The position numbers and the translations under genes are program-made. DNA of 49,649 bases. Source: Anaerolineae bacterium (lineage in GTDB: Bacteria; Chloroflexota; Anaerolineae; B4-G1). Shown in pieces: positions 37,738-46,522 of the stretch; the stretch's first letter is position 1; the number at the start of each line of letters is the position of its first letter. The notes under the pieces were generated by a model, which was given only the letters and a program-made list of their open reading frames with translations, was not told where the DNA came from and made no database searches. The stretch lies in NCBI GenBank assembly GCA_016931785.1, contig JAFGED010000202.1:1-49649 (forward strand), written 5' to 3'.

Positions 37738-37833
37738 AGGGGCGTTTCGCTCATGGAGCGAATACGGCTCTGCAGGATTCGGCGCCTGGTTTACACGGTA
37801 CCACGCCTGTGCAGCTATCTGAAACGCGCCCCT
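37738..37833. repeat. Inverted-repeat module, copy 4
   Basis: AGGGGCGTTTC...GAAACGCGCCCCT; similar length (96 vs 95 bp) and end structure to copy 3. Confidence 0.55.
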
Positions 37834-37862
37834 GAAGAATAGGTCGGCTACGGCAGACGCAT

Positions 37863-39485
37863 TCACCTTCTCGCCGACTCCCACGTCTGTGGAGAAAGGC
37901 GGAACACCTTCAAGATAGGCGCACCATCCACCTCGATGACGTAAACAGGGGCCAGGTTTTCCTGGCAATACCCTTCTATAGCGCCGTACTCCGTGGGGCG
38001 GGTGGTATACATCACATAGACTGGCCCGCTGGCCGGCCGGGGCTCATCCGCCGAGATCACTATCACATCCGGGCGTATCCACAAACCGTGCACGGCTTCC
38101 GCCAAATGGCGCTGCCCCTCGGGCAGGTAAAGGGCCGCACCATCCGGCGCAGCCCCGTTCACCCATGCAAACCCCTGCCGGTAAGACGTTCCCCAGTAGT
38201 CGGTGGCATCCCTCACACCTGCCGCCTGCGCCCCCGGCAGCCCACCGATCAATCGATTGAAGAAGGCGATCTCGTAGGGCGCAAAACGCACGACGCAGAG
38301 AAAAGCGGGAAAGACGAGCAACACGGCCACGACATGCGCCAGCCAACGAGGCGCTCGAACGGCCTGCCTCACGAACCACGCGACCTCCCCTCCTCCTAGC
38401 GCGGCCAAGATCGCCGCCGCCGGCACGACTTCCATAAAGTGCCGGATGCCATCGTACACGTTCATCCCCGGCATGCTCGCCCGCATCACCGGAAGAACGA
38501 TCCACAACCACAGCAACAGCACAGAGCGATGTCCGTCGTGACGCCACAGGCGTATAGAGCCAACCGTTCCCCAGCACGCCAACAACAACGTCGAAAGGGG
38601 CGTCGTGAAGGCGATAGCCAGCACAGGGTACAGCGTCCATCCTGCCCGCCCGGAAATCCCGACCCAGCGCCAATACACCCACAGCCCCCTCACCGTATCC
38701 AACGGCCTCAACCACATCGCCGGCCAGGCCACGATAAAGCCAGCAAGCGCAGCTAGAGGAAAGGCTATGAGCGCCGGCCAGGCCCGCCGCTCATGCGCCG
38801 ACGCCGTCCGCCAATGGGGATGCCGCACCGCGACCCACAACGCGCCAGCAGCAGCGGCCAGCGCCAAATTGGGCCGCACGCTGAAACCCACGCCAAGCGC
38901 CAAACCGGCTCCGAGAATCCATCCGGGGCGGCGAAAAGTGACACCCCGCCAAAGTGCCCACAAGGTCACACAGAACATCAAGGTTTTTGGAATGTCCTTC
39001 AGGTTGTAATGGGCATGGCCCACAAAACGCGGGAAAGAAGCCAGGGCCAACGTCGCCAGCAACGCCGCCGACCGGCCAAAGGCCTCGCGCGCAAAGAGGT
39101 ACGTCACAGACAGGGTCGCTCCACCCATCATCACCACAGCCGCATGGCGGGCATCCACCGGGTCCATCCAACCCGTCCAACGCCCCAGCACCCGCCCGGT
39201 CAGCGCAGCTGCGATGTTGGGAAATGGAGGATGAACGTGACTGTCCAGGAGCCGCAGGTGGAGCCCATCAGGATTATCCACGCCAGGACACGGGCGACCA
39301 AAGTCCAAGAACGTGACATCACCCGTGGAGAAAAAAGCCAGGTACCGTTCCCCCACCACCAGGTTCTCCGGCTCATCCCACGTCAGGCCGTACCGGTCGC
39401 CGAAAAGCAAACCGATAACCACGAACAAAACCCCAACCAGTGCGGCTATCGCAACGTCCCTTCGAGAAGCGATGGTAGGCGTCAC
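37863..39485 (-). CDS. ArnT/GT39-like membrane glycosyltransferase
   Basis: GTG start at a GTGA overlap; TWDEPEN, HPPF, NLKDIP, YDGIRHF, DYWG.SY. Confidence 0.82.
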   Translation of the reverse strand: MTPTIASRRDVAIAALVGVLFVVIGLLFGDRYGLTWDEPENLVVGERYLAFFSTGDVTFLDFGRPCPGVDNPDGLHLRLLDSHVHPPFPNIAAALTGRVLGRWTGWMDPVDARHAAVVMMGGATLSVTYLFAREAFGRSAALLATLALASFPRFVGHAHYNLKDIPKTLMFCVTLWALWRGVTFRRPGWILGAGLALGVGFSVRPNLALAAAAGALWVAVRHPHWRTASAHERRAWPALIAFPLAALAGFIVAWPAMWLRPLDTVRGLWVYWRWVGISGRAGWTLYPVLAIAFTTPLSTLLLACWGTVGSIRLWRHDGHRSVLLLWLWIVLPVMRASMPGMNVYDGIRHFMEVVPAAAILAALGGGEVAWFVRQAVRAPRWLAHVVAVLLVFPAFLCVVRFAPYEIAFFNRLIGGLPGAQAAGVRDATDYWGTSYRQGFAWVNGAAPDGAALYLPEGQRHLAEAVHGLWIRPDVIVISADEPRPASGPVYVMYTTRPTEYGAIEGYCQENLAPVYVIEVDGAPILKVFRLSPQTWESARR

Positions 39486-41626
39486 GGCGATCTGCCTCTC
39501 TTCCCTGCGACCAAGAGTCCCAGCACCACGGCCACTGCCACCACCGTCAGTACGATGCCGACCGTCAAGCCGGACGGCCAGTAGGCAAACGTCACTTGAT
39601 GCCGCCCCTCCTCCAAATAAACGCCTCGCAGAGTTCCTGCGACGCGCACCAGCCCCGCGCCTTTCCCATCCACTCGCACCTGCCAGTCGGGGTCGTACAC
39701 CTCGCTCAGCACCAACAGCCCCGGCCCTTCCGCCTCCACCCGGATGCGATTGGGCGTCCATTCGATGACACGCACCTCAATCACACCTGGACTTTTCAAC
39801 GCATCCTCGCTTTCGACGACAAAAGCCCGCGGGAACGCGCGTTCGTTTCGATAGAGATACACCCCGCCCTTTTCCCCAATCGGCACCAAATCGCGTGCCT
39901 CGATCGGGTAGGCCGCCGCCACGTAGCGCACGTTCAAAAGCCCCAGCAGGCGCGGATCGGGCGCCACGTCCCGGTGGGCCAGCAGCATGTCCTCCCCTTG
40001 AGGCACATCTGGGAATGCGGGCACCGTGACGCTGTAACCCGGCAGGTCGACGCCCGTAGCGGCGCGCATGAAATCGACATAGTCGGCCAACTGGAACGGA
40101 TCGACGCCATCGACCATCTCGACGCCGCAAACCGCGCCGGTGTGCTGCGGGATCGAGTAACTGGGAGAGTAGACGCGGAAGCGGCCAGGCTGCTCCGCCA
40201 GCCACGCCGCAGCAGCCTCTCCTTCGGCCGACACCTCGTCCGCCGGTCGCACCCGGTAGAGGGTAGACCCGACGTAGAACAGATCCAGCAACGCCAAAGA
40301 GAACGTCAAGCCGGCAAAGAGCGCCGGCCTCAATCGCCCGCCTATCCGCAGCGCAACCAACACCCCCGCCAAGGGCCAGAGCACCGCCGCCGCCACGACG
40401 TTAGCAGGCAGCCGCAGGACAACGCCCCCAATTCCTCCGGCCAACGCCGCGCCGGCCAGCCCAACCGCCACGCGACCCGTCCAACCACGCCTGAGAACCC
40501 CGGTTTTTTGGAAAAACCGGGGTTCTTCCAATGCGGTCAGTCCCCACGCAGCCAACACCGCCGCCGCCAGCACGACCAGGAACCAGGCGCGCGCCGGTCC
40601 GCGCAGCCATCCCAGCGGTGGCAGCACGCGATACAGCAGACCGTAGATAGGCGTGTTGGTGCCCAGCGAGTAGATGGCCGCGACCAGCGCCAGACCACCC
40701 CACCACCATCGCTCCCGACCCCGCCACAGCCCCAAGCCGACCAGCGCCAGCAGCAGCCCCGCCACCCCCAGGTAGGTCATCGTCTCCTGGAACCCCCCGT
40801 GATCCGCCACCAGCAAGCCCACCAGATAGCTCGGCGGGAGGGAAGCGATGCCGCTCTCCTCCAGCGTCAATCCACCGCGATTCAGCCGTCCCGCCACCGC
40901 CGCCAAAGGCAGCACCTGCACGGCCACCAATGCCCCCACAAGCGACGCAGTGCCAATCGCTGCCGCCATTTGCCATTTGCGATTTGAGATTTGAGATTTG
41001 AGATTTACTGCCCAATATCCCATCGCTGCCAGCCCGCCGTAGAACCCCAGACGCACGTCGGCCAGGATCAGCATCGCCGCCGTCGCCGCGGTCATCGCCA
41101 CGTCACCCGGGCCGCCACGCCTCGCCAGCCGCCGCGACGCCCAGAGCACCCACGGCAGCCACGCCCAGGCACAGTACAATCCCACGTGCCCCGAGGCCAG
41201 ATGGGCCAGCGCCTTGGGCGTGAGCATGATGACGAGGGCCGCCAACAGACCGCCGGCCTGAGAGGCCCCAAGCGACCGCGCCAACCGATACCCTCCCCAT
41301 CCGGCCCAGGCGGTGTGTAGGACAAAGAGCAGGTTGAAGGCCAGTGTCAGCGGGAGAATCAGGAGCAGCAGATTAGGCGGATACCAGAGGCCAGAAAGCG
41401 GATTAGCAGCGAAAGGCTCCCCGCCCAGAATCAGGTGACGCCACAATGGAACCTGCCCCCAGGTCGCCAGGGAATGGCGGATAAAGAATGCGTTGGGCCA
41501 GTGGGTTATCGTCAAGTCAGAGTAATCGCCGGCGGGACGATAGAGGAAACCGCTGGGGGTAAACCACAGTCGCCAGAAAAGGGCTGCCGCCGGTACCAGC
41601 AGCAACAAATAACCCCATCGCCGCAT
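39482..41626 (-). CDS. YfhO-like GT-C membrane protein
   Basis: YSDL...GQVPLW...GGEPFAANP...YPPN; C-terminal LVLSEVYDPDW...G..RGV.L..G.H.V.F.Y.P plus terminal TM. Confidence 0.85.
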   Translation of the reverse strand: MRRWGYLLLLVPAAALFWRLWFTPSGFLYRPAGDYSDLTITHWPNAFFIRHSLATWGQVPLWRHLILGGEPFAANPLSGLWYPPNLLLLILPLTLAFNLLFVLHTAWAGWGGYRLARSLGASQAGGLLAALVIMLTPKALAHLASGHVGLYCAWAWLPWVLWASRRLARRGGPGDVAMTAATAAMLILADVRLGFYGGLAAMGYWAVNLKSQISNRKWQMAAAIGTASLVGALVAVQVLPLAAVAGRLNRGGLTLEESGIASLPPSYLVGLLVADHGGFQETMTYLGVAGLLLALVGLGLWRGRERWWWGGLALVAAIYSLGTNTPIYGLLYRVLPPLGWLRGPARAWFLVVLAAAVLAAWGLTALEEPRFFQKTGVLRRGWTGRVAVGLAGAALAGGIGGVVLRLPANVVAAAVLWPLAGVLVALRIGGRLRPALFAGLTFSLALLDLFYVGSTLYRVRPADEVSAEGEAAAAWLAEQPGRFRVYSPSYSIPQHTGAVCGVEMVDGVDPFQLADYVDFMRAATGVDLPGYSVTVPAFPDVPQGEDMLLAHRDVAPDPRLLGLLNVRYVAAAYPIEARDLVPIGEKGGVYLYRNERAFPRAFVVESEDALKSPGVIEVRVIEWTPNRIRVEAEGPGLLVLSEVYDPDWQVRVDGKGAGLVRVAGTLRGVYLEEGRHQVTFAYWPSGLTVGIVLTVVAVAVVLGLLVAGKRGRSP
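40494..40526. repeat. 33-bp palindrome (REP-like) inside a CDS
   Basis: agaaccccggttttt-tgg-aaaaaccggggttct, 15-bp perfect stem. Confidence 0.8.
40965..41006. repeat. Heptamer tandem repeat (6 x 7 = 42 bp) inside a CDS
   Basis: gccattt gccattt gcgattt gagattt gagattt gagattt. Confidence 0.9.
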
Positions 41627-41664
41627 CAATATCCGCCTCAAAACCACGCTAGGAAAAGCCAACA

Positions 41665-43275
41665 CTATCTTTGAGAAGACAGCGCTACCACCGTGATGTC
41701 ATTCGTGCCCTCGAACGTCTTGACCACGGTAGCGCTCAGACCGGCCTCGCTGAATTTGGCCCGATGGAAGAATATGGACCACTCGACGAAATAATCTACG
41801 TCCTCGTTTGCCAGATAGATGGCAGTATCTCCACTCACATTGTAAGGTATTGCAGCGTAGTTGACGACGCCATCCAGATTGACGACCTGACGGTCAGAAT
41901 AGTAACCAAGTATTCCAGACTGAAAAGCGCCGATACGGGCATCTACAGGCGTGTTGCCTTTGAGCCAAGCAGCAGCATTGTACTGCGTCTTTGTAAACCA
42001 ATCCGCCGGATGAGCCAGCAGCGGGTTGATATCCGCCGGCAATGAGAAAGGCAGAGTCACCACAAAACCTATGCACAACAGTGCATAGACAATCGAACCC
42101 AACGGGCGATTTGCAAGGAAAACATTTTGAAGACTGCTATAAATCGCCTCTACCCACACGCTTAGCAAAATCAAGCCAAGCATACCCAGAGGATAAAAGT
42201 AACGTGGCCAGTTCCACATCGTGAATTGATAAAAAACGTACGCCCCTAACAACCCGACCCCATAGAACCACAGAAATGCCGAATCCTTTATAAAGGCCAA
42301 TACTTCAAACTGTATCTTTCCAGTCCTGTAAGCTAACAAATACACGCCCACCAAGGCCAAGACAGAGATGACAAAATACCTGAAAGGCATCATCGCAGAC
42401 CAAGGCAAGAACGACGTAACGGTCCTCAACTGAAGATACGGAATAAGGCCAAAGAGATGCGTGATAAATATGTTATCGCCCGCAAAGTGCGCTCTAGAAT
42501 AGAGCCTGGTTGCAGCGCCGCTATCAAATGCCAATCGACCTGTGTGGCCCCAACTTGCAGCAAACCATGGAAGCTGAGCCACAAATACGACGATCCCAAC
42601 AAGCGCTACTCCCCATAAAACTCGAACCCGCGTCCTATCGTGACGCAGATACAATACAAACCTCAAGATCAGGTCAGCCAGCAACATGGCCACAAAAACC
42701 AGCGAATCAACACGCACCAGCACCAAGAGCCCAAGCAAGAGACCCAACCCAAAAGCAATCCAAGACCGCCTCTGCGTCGACGTGTCAGGGTCGATCAAGG
42801 CAAATCGCCAGGATTCGAGATACAGGGTCACTATCAGGATCAGGAGGAACGCCTGAATAGGCGTTTCCAAACCGTTGACACCGCTAATGATATACGGAGA
42901 CAGACTCCAAGCCATTAAACTCAGCAAAGCGCCACGAAATCCTATCCGAGAATCAATGAGGCGAAATAAAAGCCAACCCGTGGCGACGTTCAAAATCGCT
43001 TCCATCACGAGAGAGAGCGCTGGCACCAGGTGATCGCTTCCCGGGAGCCCAGCATAGAAGGGAACCATGATAAAGACATACAACGGCTGGAATCCATTGG
43101 TCACGTGAATGCCATCGTGAGTCCACCCCTTACCCAGAGCGATATTGCGCGCGATGCCCAAGGAATAAAAGGAGTCATCAAGCCAAAGCACCTCCGGTTT
43201 CACCAACACGATGCCAATCCTGACGACCAATCCAACGATCGACACTCCAAAAGCCAACTTCCGTCGCAAAGTCAT
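41665..43275 (-). CDS. GT-C-type membrane glycosyltransferase (lower GC)
   Basis: Start MTLRRKL at an ATGA overlap; LDDSFY...ARN, TNGFQPL, NGLET, RVD, GYYS...VVNLDGVVN. Confidence 0.8.
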   Translation of the reverse strand: MTLRRKLAFGVSIVGLVVRIGIVLVKPEVLWLDDSFYSLGIARNIALGKGWTHDGIHVTNGFQPLYVFIMVPFYAGLPGSDHLVPALSLVMEAILNVATGWLLFRLIDSRIGFRGALLSLMAWSLSPYIISGVNGLETPIQAFLLILIVTLYLESWRFALIDPDTSTQRRSWIAFGLGLLLGLLVLVRVDSLVFVAMLLADLILRFVLYLRHDRTRVRVLWGVALVGIVVFVAQLPWFAASWGHTGRLAFDSGAATRLYSRAHFAGDNIFITHLFGLIPYLQLRTVTSFLPWSAMMPFRYFVISVLALVGVYLLAYRTGKIQFEVLAFIKDSAFLWFYGVGLLGAYVFYQFTMWNWPRYFYPLGMLGLILLSVWVEAIYSSLQNVFLANRPLGSIVYALLCIGFVVTLPFSLPADINPLLAHPADWFTKTQYNAAAWLKGNTPVDARIGAFQSGILGYYSDRQVVNLDGVVNYAAIPYNVSGDTAIYLANEDVDYFVEWSIFFHRAKFSEAGLSATVVKTFEGTNDITVVALSSQR

Positions 43276-44891
43276 GACAGCTCCTTCCACAGCCTTGAGG
43301 CCGCCCAGCCTGCCAGTATCGCCAGCGCGCCCCACACGACCACGAGCAGGCCCGGCGGCGCGCCCAACAACAGCCAAATGACCAACCACAGGTTGAGTGC
43401 ATTGAACGAAAGCAGCCCGGCCGTCTCGGTCAACACGTCCCAAGGGACGAGTCCCTCGTCGACGTTCCGCGCCGCCTGGGCGCGCGCCGCATCCGCCACC
43501 GCCGCACGCAGCGCGGGATCCCGCATCAGCACCGAGACCTCCAACAGGCTGCGCCACTGGTTCCACAGCGGCGAGTCGGCGGGATGGTAGAGCATGCGCA
43601 GCGTGTAATCCGTCGGCGAGGCGGAGCGATTATAGAGCACGTTGAGCGTCCGCGCAGGCTGCACCAGAAAGGCGGGCACCTGCACCACGAACCCCAGCAC
43701 CACGATCAATGCCAGCGCCAACCGCCCCCAGGCTCGATGCGGAGATCGCTGGAACCACTCTGCGGCCGGCAGAATCAACAGAGGCAAGATCGGCAGGATC
43801 AGGCGCGGTCCCCACGCCCCGCTGCCGTGCCAATGATTGTAAACTGAATGAACCAGCAGGTAAAGGCCCGCCACGCCGCCCAGGAGAATCATCGCGCGCG
43901 GCCTGCGCCGCATCAGAGGCACAAATCCCGCCAGTCCCAGCAACACCGGCGGGCAGTACCACAGCAACCCCTTGCCGGGACTCCAGAGCAACCCCGCCAG
44001 TCCCACCCAGGGCGGCACGCCCCAGGCGGCGGTGCGATAGCCGGTATCGAAGGGGGAACCGAACCTGGCGACGTTGTAACACCCCACCCCGGCCAGCGCC
44101 AGCGCCAGCGGCGAGGCCAGAAGCGTCACCGCCCGCCAGCGTCCCTCCTTGCGCAAAGCGGCAAAGACGAGAAAGGCAGGCGCAGCGACCGCGGCCACCG
44201 GCTTGACCAACACCGCAACCCCCAGCGCCGCCCCACAGTTGATCCACGCGCTCGCGGCCCCCTCGCTCCCGGCCAACGCCGCCCAAACGGCCACAAGCAA
44301 GGCCAGCGCCACCAGCGGCTCGCTGAAAAATGTCTCGCCATAGACCAAAAGGGGGGTCGCCAAACCCGCCACCAAAGCGACGCCCACCGCCGCGCCCCCG
44401 CCGTAGCCCAGCCGCCGGGCCAGGCAGTAAAGCACGCCACCCGCCCCGGCTAGCGCCACGGGGTTGAGCAGCATGACCGCCGCCCGCGTGACGAAACCCT
44501 CCGTCCCCCAACCTGTCAGGCGGTGAATGCCCCGCCCCAACAGGTAAAACGGCACCGCCAGCAGCGACTGCCCCACGCCGTACTGGGCATAGTAGCGGCC
44601 GTCGCTCCCCCACGCCCCATAGGGACCGCCGCCCCGCAGCTTTTCGGGAGGGATCGGCTCGCCAAAGGGGTCAAGCACCACGGCGTCCGGCGATGGCGGT
44701 GGGATGGCAAAACCACGCCCCTCCACGAAGGAGCGAGTCGCCTGGTAGATCGTCTCACCGTCTCCACTGCCGATGCGCAGCGAGGTCAGAAGCAAATAGA
44801 TCAACAACAAGAACAGCCCGACGAGACAGGCCGTCCGGCGATCATCCCCCACTACACCTTCGCCGTGTCGAACACCGCAAGAGTTGGTCAT
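43272..44891 (-). CDS. Lipid-carrier-dependent (GT-C) membrane glycosyltransferase
   Basis: SGDGE, YGVGQS, FSEP, VKP, SPGKGL, WGPRL; start uncertain (44891 or 44852). Confidence 0.78.
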   Translation of the reverse strand: MTNSCGVRHGEGVVGDDRRTACLVGLFLLLIYLLLTSLRIGSGDGETIYQATRSFVEGRGFAIPPPSPDAVVLDPFGEPIPPEKLRGGGPYGAWGSDGRYYAQYGVGQSLLAVPFYLLGRGIHRLTGWGTEGFVTRAAVMLLNPVALAGAGGVLYCLARRLGYGGGAAVGVALVAGLATPLLVYGETFFSEPLVALALLVAVWAALAGSEGAASAWINCGAALGVAVLVKPVAAVAAPAFLVFAALRKEGRWRAVTLLASPLALALAGVGCYNVARFGSPFDTGYRTAAWGVPPWVGLAGLLWSPGKGLLWYCPPVLLGLAGFVPLMRRRPRAMILLGGVAGLYLLVHSVYNHWHGSGAWGPRLILPILPLLILPAAEWFQRSPHRAWGRLALALIVVLGFVVQVPAFLVQPARTLNVLYNRSASPTDYTLRMLYHPADSPLWNQWRSLLEVSVLMRDPALRAAVADAARAQAARNVDEGLVPWDVLTETAGLLSFNALNLWLVIWLLLGAPPGLLVVVWGALAILAGWAASRLWKELS

Positions 44892-44912
44892 TGTGCCATC
44901 CACGTGTATAAT
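44884..44912 (+). promoter_or_regulatory. Putative sigma70 promoter in the divergent junction
   Basis: TTGGTC, 17-bp spacer, TATAAT; AGGAGA RBS before the GTG at 44930. Confidence 0.6.
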
Positions 44913-44929
44913 CATATCAGGAGAGACAA

Positions 44930-46522
44930 GTGACGGAACGTGAAACACGTCGCAATCGCCTCGATTGGCTGCTGCTCGCCGGGCTGGTGATCATCGCCCT
45001 GCTGGCCCGCCTCGTGCCCGGCGAGCGCACGGTGGACGACGCCTACATCACCTTCCGCTACGCCCGTAACGCCGTCGAGGGAGCCGGATTCGTCTACAAT
45101 GTCCCTTCGACAGGCTCAGGGCATGGCGAACGCGTGCTGGGCACGACGACGCCGCTCTACACGCTGCTAATGGCGGGGCTCTCGCTGCTGACCGGATCCC
45201 GCGACTTTCCCGCCATAGCGCTGATCGCCAACGCGCTGGCAGGCGGCTTCTCCGTCGGGATGCTCTATGGCCTGGGCAAGCGATTCGCCGGCCACCCTTT
45301 CCCCGCCGCGACCGTGGCGCTCCTGTGGGCCCTGGCCCCTTTTAGCGTCTCCTTCGCCGTGGGCGGGATGGAGACCGACCTGACCATCGGCCTGCTCATC
45401 GCCGCCGCCTACACTTATCTGGCGGAGCGTCCCCGCGCGATGGCCGTCCTATCAGCGCTGGCGCTCCTGGCCCGCCCAGACACGGCCATCTTGTTAGGAC
45501 CGCTCTGGCTCGGCCTCATCCTGGCAGAGCGCCGCATCCCCTGGCGAGAGGGACTGATCGGGCTGGCCATCCTGGCCCCCTGGCTGATCTTTGGCACGCT
45601 GTATTTCGGCAGCCCGCTCACCAACTCCGTCTCCGCCAAATCCGTCGTCTACCTCCTCCCTCCCGGATCAGCCTTCCTGCGCCTGCTGCAACACTACGCC
45701 ACGCCCTTCATCGAACAGAACGTCCTGCCGCCTGCAGGCATCTTTGTCGCCCTCGTCGTGTACTGCGGCCTATGCGCCCTAGGCTCTATCAACGCGTTCC
45801 ACCGCGACCGCAAGGCATGGCCGCTGATCGCCTACCCCTTCGTCTACTTTGGGGTCTTTGCCCTGGCCAATCCCCTCATCTTTCGCTGGTACCTCTCCCC
45901 GCCGGTGCCGTTCTACTTTCTGCTGATCGTCACCGGCGTGTGGACGGTGAATCAGGATATTGGCAAATTGGTAAACTGGGAATCGCGGCGCTTTCCCATT
46001 TATCTATTTGCCAATTTACCATTCACCATCTTCACCGTCGCCGCGCTCGCCCTCACGCTCAACGCCTGGACGCTGCATCCCGACCACGGCCCCGACCGGC
46101 CCGCCCCGGAGATGGCCTGGTTCGGCGGCGAGATCGTCTACCGCCAGATCGCGCTCGACCTCAAGGACCAACTTGGGCCAGGCGATGTGGTCGCCATCGC
46201 CGATATCGGCGCCTTTGGCTACTACAGCGAGGCGTATATCCTGGACCCGGTCGGCCTGATCTCGCCGGACTCTAGCCGGTATTACCCCGTCCCGCCCGAG
46301 CAGCACGCCAACGCCCTGGCGGTATCCACGCAGTTGATCCTGGATCGGCAGCCCAGCTACGTGATCATGCTGGAAGCCTACATCCGGCACACCCTGCTCG
46401 AATCGGACGCGTTCAGTGTCCAGTACGAGCTACTCGATACCATCGAGACCGACATCCTGGAGAGCTCGGCCTTTATGGTCTTTTGCCGATCCGACCTAGA
46501 TGTGGACGAAAAAGGCCAGTAG
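44930..46522 (+). CDS. GT-C-type membrane glycosyltransferase (arabinosyl/mannosyltransferase-like)
   Basis: VDDAYITFRYARN...GERVLGTTTPLY, GGMET, ARPD, FRWY, DIGAFGYYS...D..GL. Confidence 0.82.
   Translation: MTERETRRNRLDWLLLAGLVIIALLARLVPGERTVDDAYITFRYARNAVEGAGFVYNVPSTGSGHGERVLGTTTPLYTLLMAGLSLLTGSRDFPAIALIANALAGGFSVGMLYGLGKRFAGHPFPAATVALLWALAPFSVSFAVGGMETDLTIGLLIAAAYTYLAERPRAMAVLSALALLARPDTAILLGPLWLGLILAERRIPWREGLIGLAILAPWLIFGTLYFGSPLTNSVSAKSVVYLLPPGSAFLRLLQHYATPFIEQNVLPPAGIFVALVVYCGLCALGSINAFHRDRKAWPLIAYPFVYFGVFALANPLIFRWYLSPPVPFYFLLIVTGVWTVNQDIGKLVNWESRRFPIYLFANLPFTIFTVAALALTLNAWTLHPDHGPDRPAPEMAWFGGEIVYRQIALDLKDQLGPGDVVAIADIGAFGYYSEAYILDPVGLISPDSSRYYPVPPEQHANALAVSTQLILDRQPSYVIMLEAYIRHTLLESDAFSVQYELLDTIETDILESSAFMVFCRSDLDVDEKGQ
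45103..45121. repeat. REP-like imperfect palindrome CCCTTCGACAGGCTCAGGG inside a CDS
   Basis: Encodes PSTGSG between FVYN and GERV. Confidence 0.6.
45959..46023. repeat. AT-rich inverted octamer-repeat insertion inside a CDS
   Basis: attggcaa attggtaa actgggaa ... tttcccat ttatctat ttgccaat ttaccatt. Confidence 0.6.

Noticed and set aside
39780-39800. Possible half-REP (cacacctggacttttcaa) in the YfhO-like gene
   Set aside because: No complementary arm and no second copy in the window.
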